The notes under the pieces were generated by a model, which made no database searches, was not told the DNA's origin, and worked only from the letters and a program-made list of their open reading frames with translations. This document shows, piece by piece, positions 1 to 7,587 of a stretch of 39,370 nucleotides of DNA. The position numbers and the translations under genes were made by a program. Origin of the DNA: a virus. Position 1 is the first letter of the stretch, and each line of letters begins with the position of its first letter. The stretch lies in IMG/VR virus record IMGVR_UViG_3300042284_000040; one strand, written 5' to 3'.

Positions 1-127
1 GCGCTTCTGGCCCCGCACTTCTTGCATTCGCCGCGCTTATCCACGTCTTCTTTGTAGCCCTGCACTACGCCGCAGACTTTACATCTGCACAGCGTGCCAA
101 GGCCGTCGGGGACGGTGTATGCGTCAT
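1..127. repeat. Terminal overlap copy 1 (identical to 39244-39370)
   Basis: Bases 1-127 (gcgcttctggccccgcac...ggtgtatgcgtcat) recur verbatim at the window end. The overlap lies inside coding sequence. Confidence 0.9.
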
Positions 128-191
128 ACCACGACGCGTTGTCGTCGCCCCGCAGCCCTGCTGCCTTTGCGCTAAGTTCATCGTTGGTCAC
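1..191 (-). CDS. 5' part (N-terminal 63 codons) of the junction-spanning gene. It continues at 39243 down to 38955, giving 159 aa in total. Hypothetical protein with an N-terminal CxCxxC...CxxC cluster.
   Basis: GTG at 191 is preceded by AAGGAG with a 7-nt spacer. The frame runs in phase into the ORF listed as 38955..39308 once the circle is closed (191+289=480 nt). Confidence 0.6.
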   Translation of the reverse strand, partial: MTNDELSAKAAGLRGDDNASWYDAYTVPDGLGTLCRCKVCGVVQGYKEDVDKRGECKKCGARS

Positions 192-277
192 CTGTCTTGC
201 TCCTTCTTGTTTTGCGCGGTTTTGCTACGCGGGCACCGCGCGGGCCTCGATAGAGACATTGCCGCTGGGCAACGTCT

Positions 278-448
278 TCAATTCACCTCACCACGCACCG
301 GCCTGCCATACCGGTCATACCCGCGCCGCTCGCAGTACATGGCGCACCTAATCGGGCAGTTGGCAGCAAAACACATGCGCATGGGCAGCGTTTTCTTTTC
401 CTGTTCGTGCTGGCAGTAGGTCGTCAGCGGTTTATTGACTGTTAGCAT
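278..448 (-). CDS. Small Cys-rich hypothetical protein (56 aa)
   Basis: ATG at 448 has AAGGAG 5 nt upstream, just after the stop of the 451-762 gene. Several Cys residues (CFAANCPIRCAMYC). Confidence 0.5.
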   Translation of the reverse strand: MLTVNKPLTTYCQHEQEKKTLPMRMCFAANCPIRCAMYCERRGYDRYGRPVRGEVN

Positions 449-450
449 GG

Positions 451-762
451 TTACTCCTTGCCGCTTTCCAGCCAAGCCTTGATTGTCTCACCGTGGCACT
501 GTTCGGGCGCACACCAGCAGAAAAGCCGGAGTTTCCCATACTGCCGGTAGGCGGCGAGCATTTTAAGCAAGTAGGCATGAAGCTGCGTCTTGTTTTGCAT
601 GGACAAAACATCATTAAACCACTTCTCATATTCCCTACACACGTCTTCACGTGTTGCGCCGCCCTCCATCAGATACGGGTTGCCCACAGGCGTAGTCCTG
701 TCAATGCGGAAGTCCCACGGGTGCTGGGGCTTCTCATTTTTCATGTTTATGATTTCAATCAT
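451..762 (-). CDS. DUF4326-like protein (103 aa)
   Basis: GNPY...LFCWCAPEQCHGE motif pattern that I recognise from the DUF4326 family. GGGGAG RBS upstream of the ATG. Confidence 0.55.
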   Translation of the reverse strand: MIEIINMKNEKPQHPWDFRIDRTTPVGNPYLMEGGATREDVCREYEKWFNDVLSMQNKTQLHAYLLKMLAAYRQYGKLRLFCWCAPEQCHGETIKAWLESGKE

Positions 763-765
763 TGG

Positions 766-1119
766 CTACTCCCCGCCGCCGTTCGCGGCGTTTATAATTT
801 CTTCGTCTCTCGCCAACTCTGTGTCCAGCCGGTTTGTGTACGGGCTGATGTATGATGGGAGTTTTTCAAGGTGCGCATAAAGCATAGATTCCACATCAGC
901 CGCAAAATTTCGGTCTAAACGCAACCGCTCTGCGGCAGCACGTAGTGCAAATTCTCTGCTGGCGTTTAAAATCTCGTCTCCAATCCCTGTTTGCAGTGCT
1001 GCGCTCGCACGATCTTCATCTCTAGCCTGCCGCACAACAAGCGCGCGCTCAATGTCAAGAGTTTCGACAGCATACTGCGCAGCCTCGGCTACATATTGAC
1101 TAAGCGTTTTGTTTCTCAT
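766..1119 (-). CDS. Hypothetical protein (117 aa from the internal ATG)
   Basis: ATG at 1119 is preceded by GAGGAG with a 5-nt spacer. It sits immediately after the stop of the upstream gene, so I prefer it to the longer ORF start at 1167. Confidence 0.55.
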   Translation of the reverse strand: MRNKTLSQYVAEAAQYAVETLDIERALVVRQARDEDRASAALQTGIGDEILNASREFALRAAAERLRLDRNFAADVESMLYAHLEKLPSYISPYTNRLDTELARDEEIINAANGGGE

Positions 1120-1121
1120 AC

Positions 1122-1403
1122 CTACTCCTCGCCCCGCGCCTTGCGGAGGGCTGCCATTGTTTTGCATTCATTGCATTCCGCCATGTGGCAATATCCGATT
1201 TCGAGTGCGTTCCTGCATATCGCTTCAAGCGCGGCGTACATGTCCGGCGCGGCGGCGATGAGGTTGGCGTTTGCGCAATCCTCTTCTAGGCGTCCAACCA
1301 TGAGCGCAGCCTTTCCTATCTTAACCATTGCGAAATCTGTCTGTAGTTCGTGCCGCGTGAAATAAAACATTTCCCACGACCCCGGCGTAAACTTCGCGCT
1401 CAT
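1122..1403 (-). CDS. Phage protein with FTPGxW ... ANAxLIAAAPDMYxAL ... ALRKARGE motifs (paralogue B, 93 aa)
   Basis: Shares N-terminal, central and C-terminal motifs with the adjacent 1400-1678 gene. ATGA overlap with the upstream gene. Confidence 0.65.
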   Translation of the reverse strand: MSAKFTPGSWEMFYFTRHELQTDFAMVKIGKAALMVGRLEEDCANANLIAAAPDMYAALEAICRNALEIGYCHMAECNECKTMAALRKARGEE

Positions 1404-1678
1404 GCACCACCTCTGGCCTTACGCAGGGCACCATCGGCGTATTCAACCACGCAGGGCGCAATGTTGATGCCCATGCTCGACGCTCGCTCTAACTCGCAGA
1501 CGCAGCGGATAAGCGCCTCGTACATATCCGGCGCGGCCTCAGTCACGCGGGCGTTTGCCTTTGACGCGCACATCCCGTTCGCCCGCACTATAAACCCGCA
1601 CTCGTCTTGCTCTTTGCAGTCTGAAAATGTAAATCCAACGACCTTCCACGGCCCCGGTGTAAAAGTTGCTTTGCTCAT
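1400..1678 (-). CDS. Phage protein with FTPGPW ... ANARVTEAAPDMYEAL ... ALRKARGG motifs (paralogue A, 92 aa)
   Basis: Tandem paralogue of 1122-1403. ATGA overlap with the upstream 52-aa gene. Confidence 0.65.
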   Translation of the reverse strand: MSKATFTPGPWKVVGFTFSDCKEQDECGFIVRANGMCASKANARVTEAAPDMYEALIRCVCELERASSMGINIAPCVVEYADGALRKARGGA

Positions 1679-1833
1679 CGTATCACCTCAATCTTGGGCA
1701 AAACAGTTTCACACGCACATTCATGCGTACCGGCGTTAAACTCCTCAATGGTCATTTTCCACTTTGAAAGCCTGCGGCAGAACGGGCAGCGGATAATTAT
1801 GCCGTCGTGCACCTTTGCGTAATAGTCGCTCAT
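1675..1833 (-). CDS. Unlisted 52-aa zinc-ribbon-like mini-protein (MSDYYAKVHDGIIIRCPFCRRLSKWKMTIEEFNAGTHECACETVLPKIEVIR)
   Basis: Translated by hand from the minus strand. ATGA overlaps at both ends (with the 1833-2162 stop and the 1678 start) fill an otherwise empty gap. Contains CPFC and CAC pairs. Confidence 0.55.
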   Translation of the reverse strand: MSDYYAKVHDGIIIRCPFCRRLSKWKMTIEEFNAGTHECACETVLPKIEVIR

Positions 1834-2162
1834 CACAACTCCCCCCGCTTAACCATGACTGTGCCAAGCCCGCCGCACAAAGAGCAGCCGTTACCGGAGC
1901 AACTCCCGCAAATCGCTTCCACAACTTGCGCCTTCTCAATTGCTTTCAGGTTGTCGTCCAGAAAGTCCCGCAAATCTCGCATGTCGTCATCATTGAGGAC
2001 AATCTGACAACTTCTCACTTCACCGCCTACGGCGTTGTATGCGCCAATCTCAACGCCGTATCCGTCGCCATCCTCGTATGTCTGGAACTGAATTTCATCA
2101 TATTTGCGATACCGGCACTTGAGGACTATTCCGGTCACAGTATTCAATGTCGCCGCGCTCAT
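1833..2162 (-). CDS. Hypothetical protein with a C-terminal DnaJ-type CxxCxGxG-like Cys cluster (109 aa)
   Basis: C-terminus is ICGSCSGNGCSLCGGLG. The gene is tightly packed in the operon. Confidence 0.55.
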   Translation of the reverse strand: MSAATLNTVTGIVLKCRYRKYDEIQFQTYEDGDGYGVEIGAYNAVGGEVRSCQIVLNDDDMRDLRDFLDDNLKAIEKAQVVEAICGSCSGNGCSLCGGLGTVMVKRGEL

Positions 2163-2165
2163 GCT

Positions 2166-2372
2166 CTAAACCTCGCTCTGGTTATACTTTTGGTGCTTGT
2201 GAGGATACCGCCGCCACCAAGCCCGAACCTCGTCCAAGTGCGGACACCGTTCAAGCTCGACAAGCGGAACCGCCTTTCCTGATGTGCCAGCCAATGCCGC
2301 GTAGCCGTAGCATTTGCCAAACTTCGGACACGGCAGCACATCGCCGTACATGTCGCAGGGCTTACCCTTCAT
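2166..2372 (-). CDS. Small Cys-rich hypothetical protein (68 aa; start uncertain: 2372, 2387 or 2429)
   Basis: ATG at 2372 follows GAGG with a 9-nt spacer and gives only an 11-nt overlap with the upstream gene. Several Cys residues (PCDMYGDVLPCPKFGKCYGY...CPH). Confidence 0.45.
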   Translation of the reverse strand: MKGKPCDMYGDVLPCPKFGKCYGYAALAGTSGKAVPLVELERCPHLDEVRAWWRRYPHKHQKYNQSEV

Positions 2373-2607
2373 GCCCGTTAACCTCATTTTTTCTGTAGCT
2401 CTCAAGCATCGGATGCGGCTCACCGCCAACCCACGCAGTCCAAGGGATTACGCGGGCCTCTCCCAACACTTCACGAGAAGCCAGTTCAAGCCGGAGCGCG
2501 ACCTTGCGACCGCACCCCTTGCGCCCTGCCACAATGTCGGTCAGGTGCGAGAGCTTGATACCGGCAGCCCGAGCCAGTCTTGTTTTTTCTGTTCTGAACC
2601 ACTTCAT
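2362..2607 (-). CDS. Small Cro/Ner-like helix-turn-helix DNA-binding protein (81 aa)
   Basis: The segment TRLARAAGIKLSHLTDIVAGRKG resembles an HTH. It is the first gene leftward of the divergent control region, and the operator-like inverted repeat abuts its start codon. Confidence 0.5.
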   Translation of the reverse strand: MKWFRTEKTRLARAAGIKLSHLTDIVAGRKGCGRKVALRLELASREVLGEARVIPWTAWVGGEPHPMLESYRKNEVNGHEG

Positions 2608-2670
2608 GGGTAAACTTGTACCCCATCACAGGGAACAAGTAAACCCATTTCTGAAAAAAAATATACAGGA

Positions 2671-2699
2671 ATAAAAAGGGTACTACTTGCGGCTATCAA
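2671..2699 (-). promoter_or_regulatory. Candidate leftward sigma70-type promoter (TTGATA-17-TTTTAT on the minus strand)
   Basis: -35 at 2694-2699 and -10 at 2671-2676, read on the minus strand. A GGGTAC repeat lies in the spacer. Confidence 0.3.
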
Positions 2700-2748
2700 T
2701 CAGGCGGGAGTATGTCTTGTACCTGAAAATAATGGGTAATTTTGCCTA

Positions 2749-2799
2749 CCATTTTTTTTTGAAAAAACTGTTGACTTGTTCCCCGCTCAAGGGTACTTT
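2749..2799 (+). promoter_or_regulatory. Candidate rightward promoter (A/T-rich UP-like tract, TTGACT-17-TACTTT)
   Basis: T10/A6 tract at 2749-2768, TTGACT at 2771-2776 and TACTTT at 2794-2799. An operator-like repeat fills the spacer. Confidence 0.4.
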
Positions 2800-2857
2800 T
2801 CAAAGCACGGACGGCGAGGAAGCCGGACGGGAACACTAAAAGCAAGGAGCAAATACC

Positions 2858-3106
2858 ATGACCAACTACCGCATCATCACCGCAGACGTTGAATCTTTTG
2901 TAGAAGGCCGCGAAACCAGCAAGGAAATAGGCCGCGCAATCCTTGAGTTTACCTACAATGCCGACGCTGACGACATCGACATTGAGGCCGCAGAATCCGA
3001 ATGGGAAAACGGATACAACTTTGAAAAAATTGTCGCCAGAGCATGGGAAATCGCAGACGACGACGAGCAGGAACTGCATTGGGGAGCCGAGACCATTACG
3101 CGTTAG
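2858..3106 (+). CDS. Highly acidic small early protein (82 aa), function unknown
   Basis: AAGGAG RBS upstream. By my count about 22 Asp/Glu against 7 Lys/Arg. First gene of the rightward operon. Confidence 0.6.
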   Translation: MTNYRIITADVESFVEGRETSKEIGRAILEFTYNADADDIDIEAAESEWENGYNFEKIVARAWEIADDDEQELHWGAETITR

Positions 3107-3131
3107 GCGACAGCATTAAGGAGCCGAGCCA

Positions 3132-3425
3132 GTGATTACAGCAACAAAACTTGAAGACATTAAAGAAATGGAATGGCGGTTGAAATTGAATGCAGCCCAG
3201 ATTTTCCATGCCTTCAAGGATGCCACGAAAAAAGACAGGGTCATCCTGTACAGGAACAGGAAAGGCTGCCCGCCGTCCACAGGCACAGTTATCGGAATGC
3301 GTATTAAGGCAGACGGCGGATTGTCGATTAGCGTACGGAATCTTTCTTCCAAAAAAGTGCGCAACATATCACTGCAAAACATCATCGCCGAAGAGGAAAT
3401 ACAGCATGGCAAAAATAATGCTTGA
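3132..3425 (+). CDS. Hypothetical protein (97 aa, GTG start)
   Basis: AAGGAG sits 8 nt upstream of the GTG at 3132. Confidence 0.5.
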   Translation: MITATKLEDIKEMEWRLKLNAAQIFHAFKDATKKDRVILYRNRKGCPPSTGTVIGMRIKADGGLSISVRNLSSKKVRNISLQNIIAEEEIQHGKNNA

Positions 3426-3678
3426 ATCTATCAGTATCATCTACACCGGCAAGCTGTACGGGAACACATATAGGGCCAGTGTGCAAAAGATGAATGCAGG
3501 GGAACGGCGTTGGCGCGCCTTTGTAGGAAAGCAGTATAACGGATTCGGCGGTCAGGTTCAGGAAATCATTTTTACAGACAGGTTCAACAGCGAGGAACGC
3601 GCTGTATCTGCTGCAATTATCGCGCTGGCAAATGATATGCGCGAAGCAATGACGGAAAAGGAGCTGTTTTATGTTTGA
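3416..3678 (+). CDS. Hypothetical protein (87 aa from the internal ATG of the listed 3190..3678 ORF)
   Basis: ATG at 3416 is preceded by AAGAGGAAA. This start avoids a long overlap with 3132-3425. Confidence 0.5.
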
Positions 3679-4516
3679 TTGGTTGGAAGGCTCGCCTATG
3701 CCTGAGGCTGGGATTTACCCGAACATGAGCGATGCTGATTACTTCGCAGTGGCCGCACTGAGTAACAGCAGGGTCAAGGATTTTCTCAAGTCTCCTGCGC
3801 TGTTCAAGTACAAAATCACGGAAGAGACCGTGCAGACTCCGGCAATGAAATTCGGTCGTCTGTATCACGCCGTGTTGTTGCAGCCGCAGATTATCGACAG
3901 CGCATACTACATAGCAGAGGACACGCGAGGGAACACAAAGGCAGGAAAGGCGGCAGCCGCAGAAGCTGCAATGGAAGGCTTGGAGCTTGTCAAAAAAGAG
4001 GACTACGAAAAAGCCCTTGCCATGCGCGAGGCGGTTCTTGCCCACAAAAAAGCACGGTTCCTGCTGGAACATCCGGCGAGCATGTTTGAAGTCGCTTGCT
4101 TCTGGTTGGAAGACATCGACGGCGTGCAAGTGCCCTGCAAGTGCAAGCTCGACATCTTCAACCCCGAACTGCTGGGCGGTATTGCCGCAGACCTGAAAAG
4201 CACCGTTGACGCTTCGCCGCAGCGATTCCCGAAAACCGTTGCCGACTACGGATACCACAGACAAGATGCTTGGTACTCGCGCGGACCTTCGCAGTCCGGA
4301 GCGGGGAGCGTGAACGCCTTCGCATTTATCGCGCAGGAGAAGGAACCGCCGTACCTCACCGGCCTGTACACCCTGAACGAAGGCGCACGGCAACAGGGCA
4401 TATATGAAATGCGCGAAGCCCTGAAACAGATTATTGAATGCGCCAAGACCGGCAACTGGTACGGATACGGCGAAGACTTCACAGAGATTGACCTGCCCAA
4501 GTGGGCACAGAAATAA
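3671..4516 (+). CDS. PD-(D/E)XK exonuclease (RecE C-terminal / DUF3799-like)
   Basis: Motifs GRLYHAVLL, KLDIF...ADLKST (D...D-x-K) and YGYHRQDAWY (QxxxY). AAGGAG RBS. Confidence 0.65.
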   Translation: MFDWLEGSPMPEAGIYPNMSDADYFAVAALSNSRVKDFLKSPALFKYKITEETVQTPAMKFGRLYHAVLLQPQIIDSAYYIAEDTRGNTKAGKAAAAEAAMEGLELVKKEDYEKALAMREAVLAHKKARFLLEHPASMFEVACFWLEDIDGVQVPCKCKLDIFNPELLGGIAADLKSTVDASPQRFPKTVADYGYHRQDAWYSRGPSQSGAGSVNAFAFIAQEKEPPYLTGLYTLNEGARQQGIYEMREALKQIIECAKTGNWYGYGEDFTEIDLPKWAQK

Positions 4517-4534
4517 ACCGAGGGAGCACCAGTT

Positions 4535-5401
4535 ATGCAACAGAACAACATCCCGATGCTGCACACCAACCCCGCAGCCGTGGCAGCCGCAGAAACTGCC
4601 AAGGCTGAAACACTCGCAGCCTATCAAATGGCATTGCACATGCCACGCGATACAGAGCAGGCGCGGCAAGACATCCTCAAGCTGTGCAAAAAGCCCGACT
4701 TTGCCGCAGCGGTCGAATACCGGAAGCCCATTGCGGGCGGTTCAATTACCGGCCTGTCTATCCGGTTCGTGGAACAGGCTCTCAGATTGTGGCGCAACGT
4801 GCGCACCACGCAGCGTGTCGTCTACGAGGATGACGACGTAAGGCGAATCATGGTGAAAGTCATCGACCTTGAGAGTAATGCCGAGTTCTCGCGGGAAATC
4901 AGCGTTACGAAAACTGTTGAACGGAAGAACGGAAGGGGACGCGAAATCATATCAGAACGCACTAACAGTGCAGGCCAGACCGTTTTCATCGTCAAGGCCA
5001 CAGACGACGAAATGGCCAACAAGGAAGGCGCAGCAGTGGCAAAAGCCCTTCGCAACGAAGGCGGCCGCTTGCTGCCTTATGACCTGAAAGAGGAAGCCCT
5101 GTACACGGCACGGCAGACACTGCGCAATCAGGACGCAAAAGACCCCGACGCGGCAAAGCGCAAGGTGCTCGATGCCTTTGCAGACATCGGAATAAGTGCA
5201 AGGGAAATTGAATCATTTCTCAAGCACAAAATTGATAGCGTTGTGCCTGCCGAACTGGAAGAACTCAGAACCATTTATCAGGCTATCAAAGGCGGTGAGG
5301 CTCGTTGGTCTGACTATATCATTGTGGACGCAGAACCCAGCGGGGCCGACAAGCTTAACGATTTGACGGACAGCGAAAAAAGCAAAACTGAAACAAAGTA
5401 A
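4535..5401 (+). CDS. Putative single-strand annealing / recombination protein (288 aa)
   Basis: The call rests only on its position directly downstream of the exonuclease and on its size. No family motif was recognised with certainty. Confidence 0.3.
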   Translation: MQQNNIPMLHTNPAAVAAAETAKAETLAAYQMALHMPRDTEQARQDILKLCKKPDFAAAVEYRKPIAGGSITGLSIRFVEQALRLWRNVRTTQRVVYEDDDVRRIMVKVIDLESNAEFSREISVTKTVERKNGRGREIISERTNSAGQTVFIVKATDDEMANKEGAAVAKALRNEGGRLLPYDLKEEALYTARQTLRNQDAKDPDAAKRKVLDAFADIGISAREIESFLKHKIDSVVPAELEELRTIYQAIKGGEARWSDYIIVDAEPSGADKLNDLTDSEKSKTETK

Positions 5402-5414
5402 GGAGCGCAAGACA

Positions 5415-5684
5415 ATGAAATTCATGGAAACATTCAGAGAGCAGGTCAAGGAAGCAACCAAGCAATGCACAGCAGATAACGGTTGCGGAATTTTGGCAGT
5501 AACATACACGGCCAAGAGTGACGGCACTATCAATGCCGATGTTGAAATTGCAGGAACAGCTCATTCAATTGCATTAGTTATCAAGGCGATTATCGATGAC
5601 AACCAGAACATCGCAAAAGAACTCGCTATGCTGTGCTTTAACGCAATGCAATCCGAAGGAAAGTCCGCAGACAAAATACAATAG
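5415..5684 (+). CDS. Hypothetical protein (89 aa)
   Basis: AAGGAG RBS. Compact placement in the operon. Confidence 0.55.
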   Translation: MKFMETFREQVKEATKQCTADNGCGILAVTYTAKSDGTINADVEIAGTAHSIALVIKAIIDDNQNIAKELAMLCFNAMQSEGKSADKIQ

Positions 5685-5722
5685 CAATGGGGGGCTTCGG
5701 CCCCTTAAAGGGAGTAACGACA

Positions 5723-6967
5723 ATGAGCAAGATAATTAAACTGAAAAGCGAAAACGTGAAGCGGCTGAAAGCAGTTGAGATTACCCCAGAGGGGAATCTT
5801 GTCATCATAGGTGGCCGCAACGCTCAGGGCAAGACCAGTGTTCTTGATTCCATACTGTACGCGCTGGGCGGCAAGGCTGCTATACAGGCAAAGCCGCTTC
5901 GTGAAGGCGAAGAGAAAGGCAAAATTGTCGTTGAACTTGAAAATCTTATCGTTACTCGGACCTTCACGGCATCCGGTGGCGGGACGCTCAAGGTCGAAAA
6001 CAAAGAAGGAGCGCAATTTAAAAGCCCACAGGCAATACTTGACGGGCTGACGGGGCAGCTGGCCTTTGACCCGCTGGAGTTCTCCCGCATGGAACCGCGC
6101 AAGCAGCTTGACACGCTGCGCGAGCTTGTCGGGCTTGACTTCTCGGAAGAGGACGCCAAGCGCAAAGAACTATACGAGGAACGCACAGCGGTAAATCGTG
6201 ACGGAAAAAACCTCGCTGCGCAATACGATGCCGCGCCACACCACGACGACGCGCCGGAAAATGAAACGCCTCTTTCGGAACTACTTGAAGAACAAGCGCG
6301 GCTTGATGATGCCCAACGTGCGCATGACGAGGCTGTGCGCACCTCTGACGTGCTTGTTGGTATGGAGGCAGATTTAATTGAGGACATTGCAGACCTTGAA
6401 ATGCGCCTTGCTGAAAAGCGCGAAAATCTTGACGAGGTGCGCAAAAAAATCAAACGGCAAGCCAAGGTTGTCAGGGAACGTCCCGATATGGGCAATGCTC
6501 TTGCAGAAATACGCAAGCGTATTGCAACAGCAGACGAGGCCAACCGCAAGGCCCGGGAAAACAAAAGGCGCGCTGAACTTGCAGCACAGCTTGAGAAAAA
6601 GCGCGCCGAGTCGCAACATTTGGGCGAACAAATCAAGAAACTTGATGATTCAAAGGCTGCCAAAATTGCCGCTGCCGCGTTCCCAATTGACGGGCTTTCA
6701 ATCGGTGACGACGGCGTGCAGTACAACGGCATACCGCTTTCACAGGCCAGTGCAGCCGAGCAACTCCGTGTATCTGTGGCAATAGGCATAGCCGCAAATC
6801 CCAAGCTACGCGTTATGCTTATCCGTGACGGTAGCTTGCTTGATGATGAATCTTTGGCAATTGTCGCTAACATGGCCCAACAGTCAGACACTCAGGTATG
6901 GATGGAAAGAGTGGGCAAAGGCGAAGAGTGTTCCGTAATCATCGAAGACGGACAAATTCAGGAGTAA
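5723..6967 (+). CDS. SMC/SbcC/RecN-like ABC-type ATPase with a central coiled coil (414 aa)
   Basis: Walker A GGRNAQGKTS, a long charged coiled-coil segment, signature-like LSQASAAEQ and Walker B VMLIRDGSLLD. The ATG at 5723 follows AGGGAG. Confidence 0.65.
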   Translation: MSKIIKLKSENVKRLKAVEITPEGNLVIIGGRNAQGKTSVLDSILYALGGKAAIQAKPLREGEEKGKIVVELENLIVTRTFTASGGGTLKVENKEGAQFKSPQAILDGLTGQLAFDPLEFSRMEPRKQLDTLRELVGLDFSEEDAKRKELYEERTAVNRDGKNLAAQYDAAPHHDDAPENETPLSELLEEQARLDDAQRAHDEAVRTSDVLVGMEADLIEDIADLEMRLAEKRENLDEVRKKIKRQAKVVRERPDMGNALAEIRKRIATADEANRKARENKRRAELAAQLEKKRAESQHLGEQIKKLDDSKAAKIAAAAFPIDGLSIGDDGVQYNGIPLSQASAAEQLRVSVAIGIAANPKLRVMLIRDGSLLDDESLAIVANMAQQSDTQVWMERVGKGEECSVIIEDGQIQE

Positions 6968-6972
6968 CAACA

Positions 6973-7188
6973 GTGCATATCCAGCGCGAACAATTGCGGG
7001 CCATTTATGCCATGCTCAAGCAGGCCGGATACAGCTTTGACACCAGAGCCGAGCGCATCCAGTGGCTGAACGGCTATCGGTTCGCGCTGGGTATGCCAAC
7101 CATAAAGTCATTCAATGACATGACGGCACAGGAAGCCGCGCATTTACAGCGCGACCTATTCAGCACACTGAACCCGCGTGGAGCGTAA
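6973..7188 (+). CDS. Small hypothetical protein (71 aa, GTG start); weak GemA/DUF1018-like pattern
   Basis: AGGAG 9 nt upstream of the GTG at 6973. The pattern REQLRAIYAMLKQAG...MTAQEAAHLQRDL is only a loose resemblance. Confidence 0.4.
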   Translation: MHIQREQLRAIYAMLKQAGYSFDTRAERIQWLNGYRFALGMPTIKSFNDMTAQEAAHLQRDLFSTLNPRGA

Positions 7189-7192
7189 AGCC

Positions 7193-7576
7193 ATGAAGAA
7201 AGCCAGCCTTGCCACCCTTGACGGCGGCGGCGCAATTGAGGCCGTGGACTATGAAATCCAGAAAGTTGTGGACAATATTCTGGACGTGAACACGGACGCG
7301 AAAAAGCCGCGTGAAATCACGCTTAAAATCAAACTCACGTCTGACAAGGACAGAAACACTATCGTTGCCACATATCAGGCAACATCCAAGCTGCAACCGG
7401 CAAATGCAGAAGAAACCATGCTGCACATCGGCCCCGACGAGGCAGGCGTTTCGACCGCGTTTGAATTTGACTTCGCAGGCCAGAACCAGAATCAGCACAC
7501 GTTGCCCGTCGAAGGCGCAACCGGATATGCTGACTCGCAGGCAGAAAATGTAACGCCCATCAGGGCAGCAAAATAA
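7193..7576 (+). CDS. Hypothetical protein (127 aa)
   Basis: ATG at 7193 follows GGAG. Preferred over the listed 7178 start. Confidence 0.5.
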   Translation: MKKASLATLDGGGAIEAVDYEIQKVVDNILDVNTDAKKPREITLKIKLTSDKDRNTIVATYQATSKLQPANAEETMLHIGPDEAGVSTAFEFDFAGQNQNQHTLPVEGATGYADSQAENVTPIRAAK

Positions 7577-7587
7577 GGGTAAAGAAC

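Larger units (their letters stand above)
2608..2857. promoter_or_regulatory. Divergent early control region with operator-like repeats
   Basis: The longest non-coding gap between divergent genes. The core CTTGT(A/T)CC / GGGTAC recurs at 2608-2624, 2631-2646 (inverted partner), 2678-2690, 2716-2726 and 2774-2796. Confidence 0.6.
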
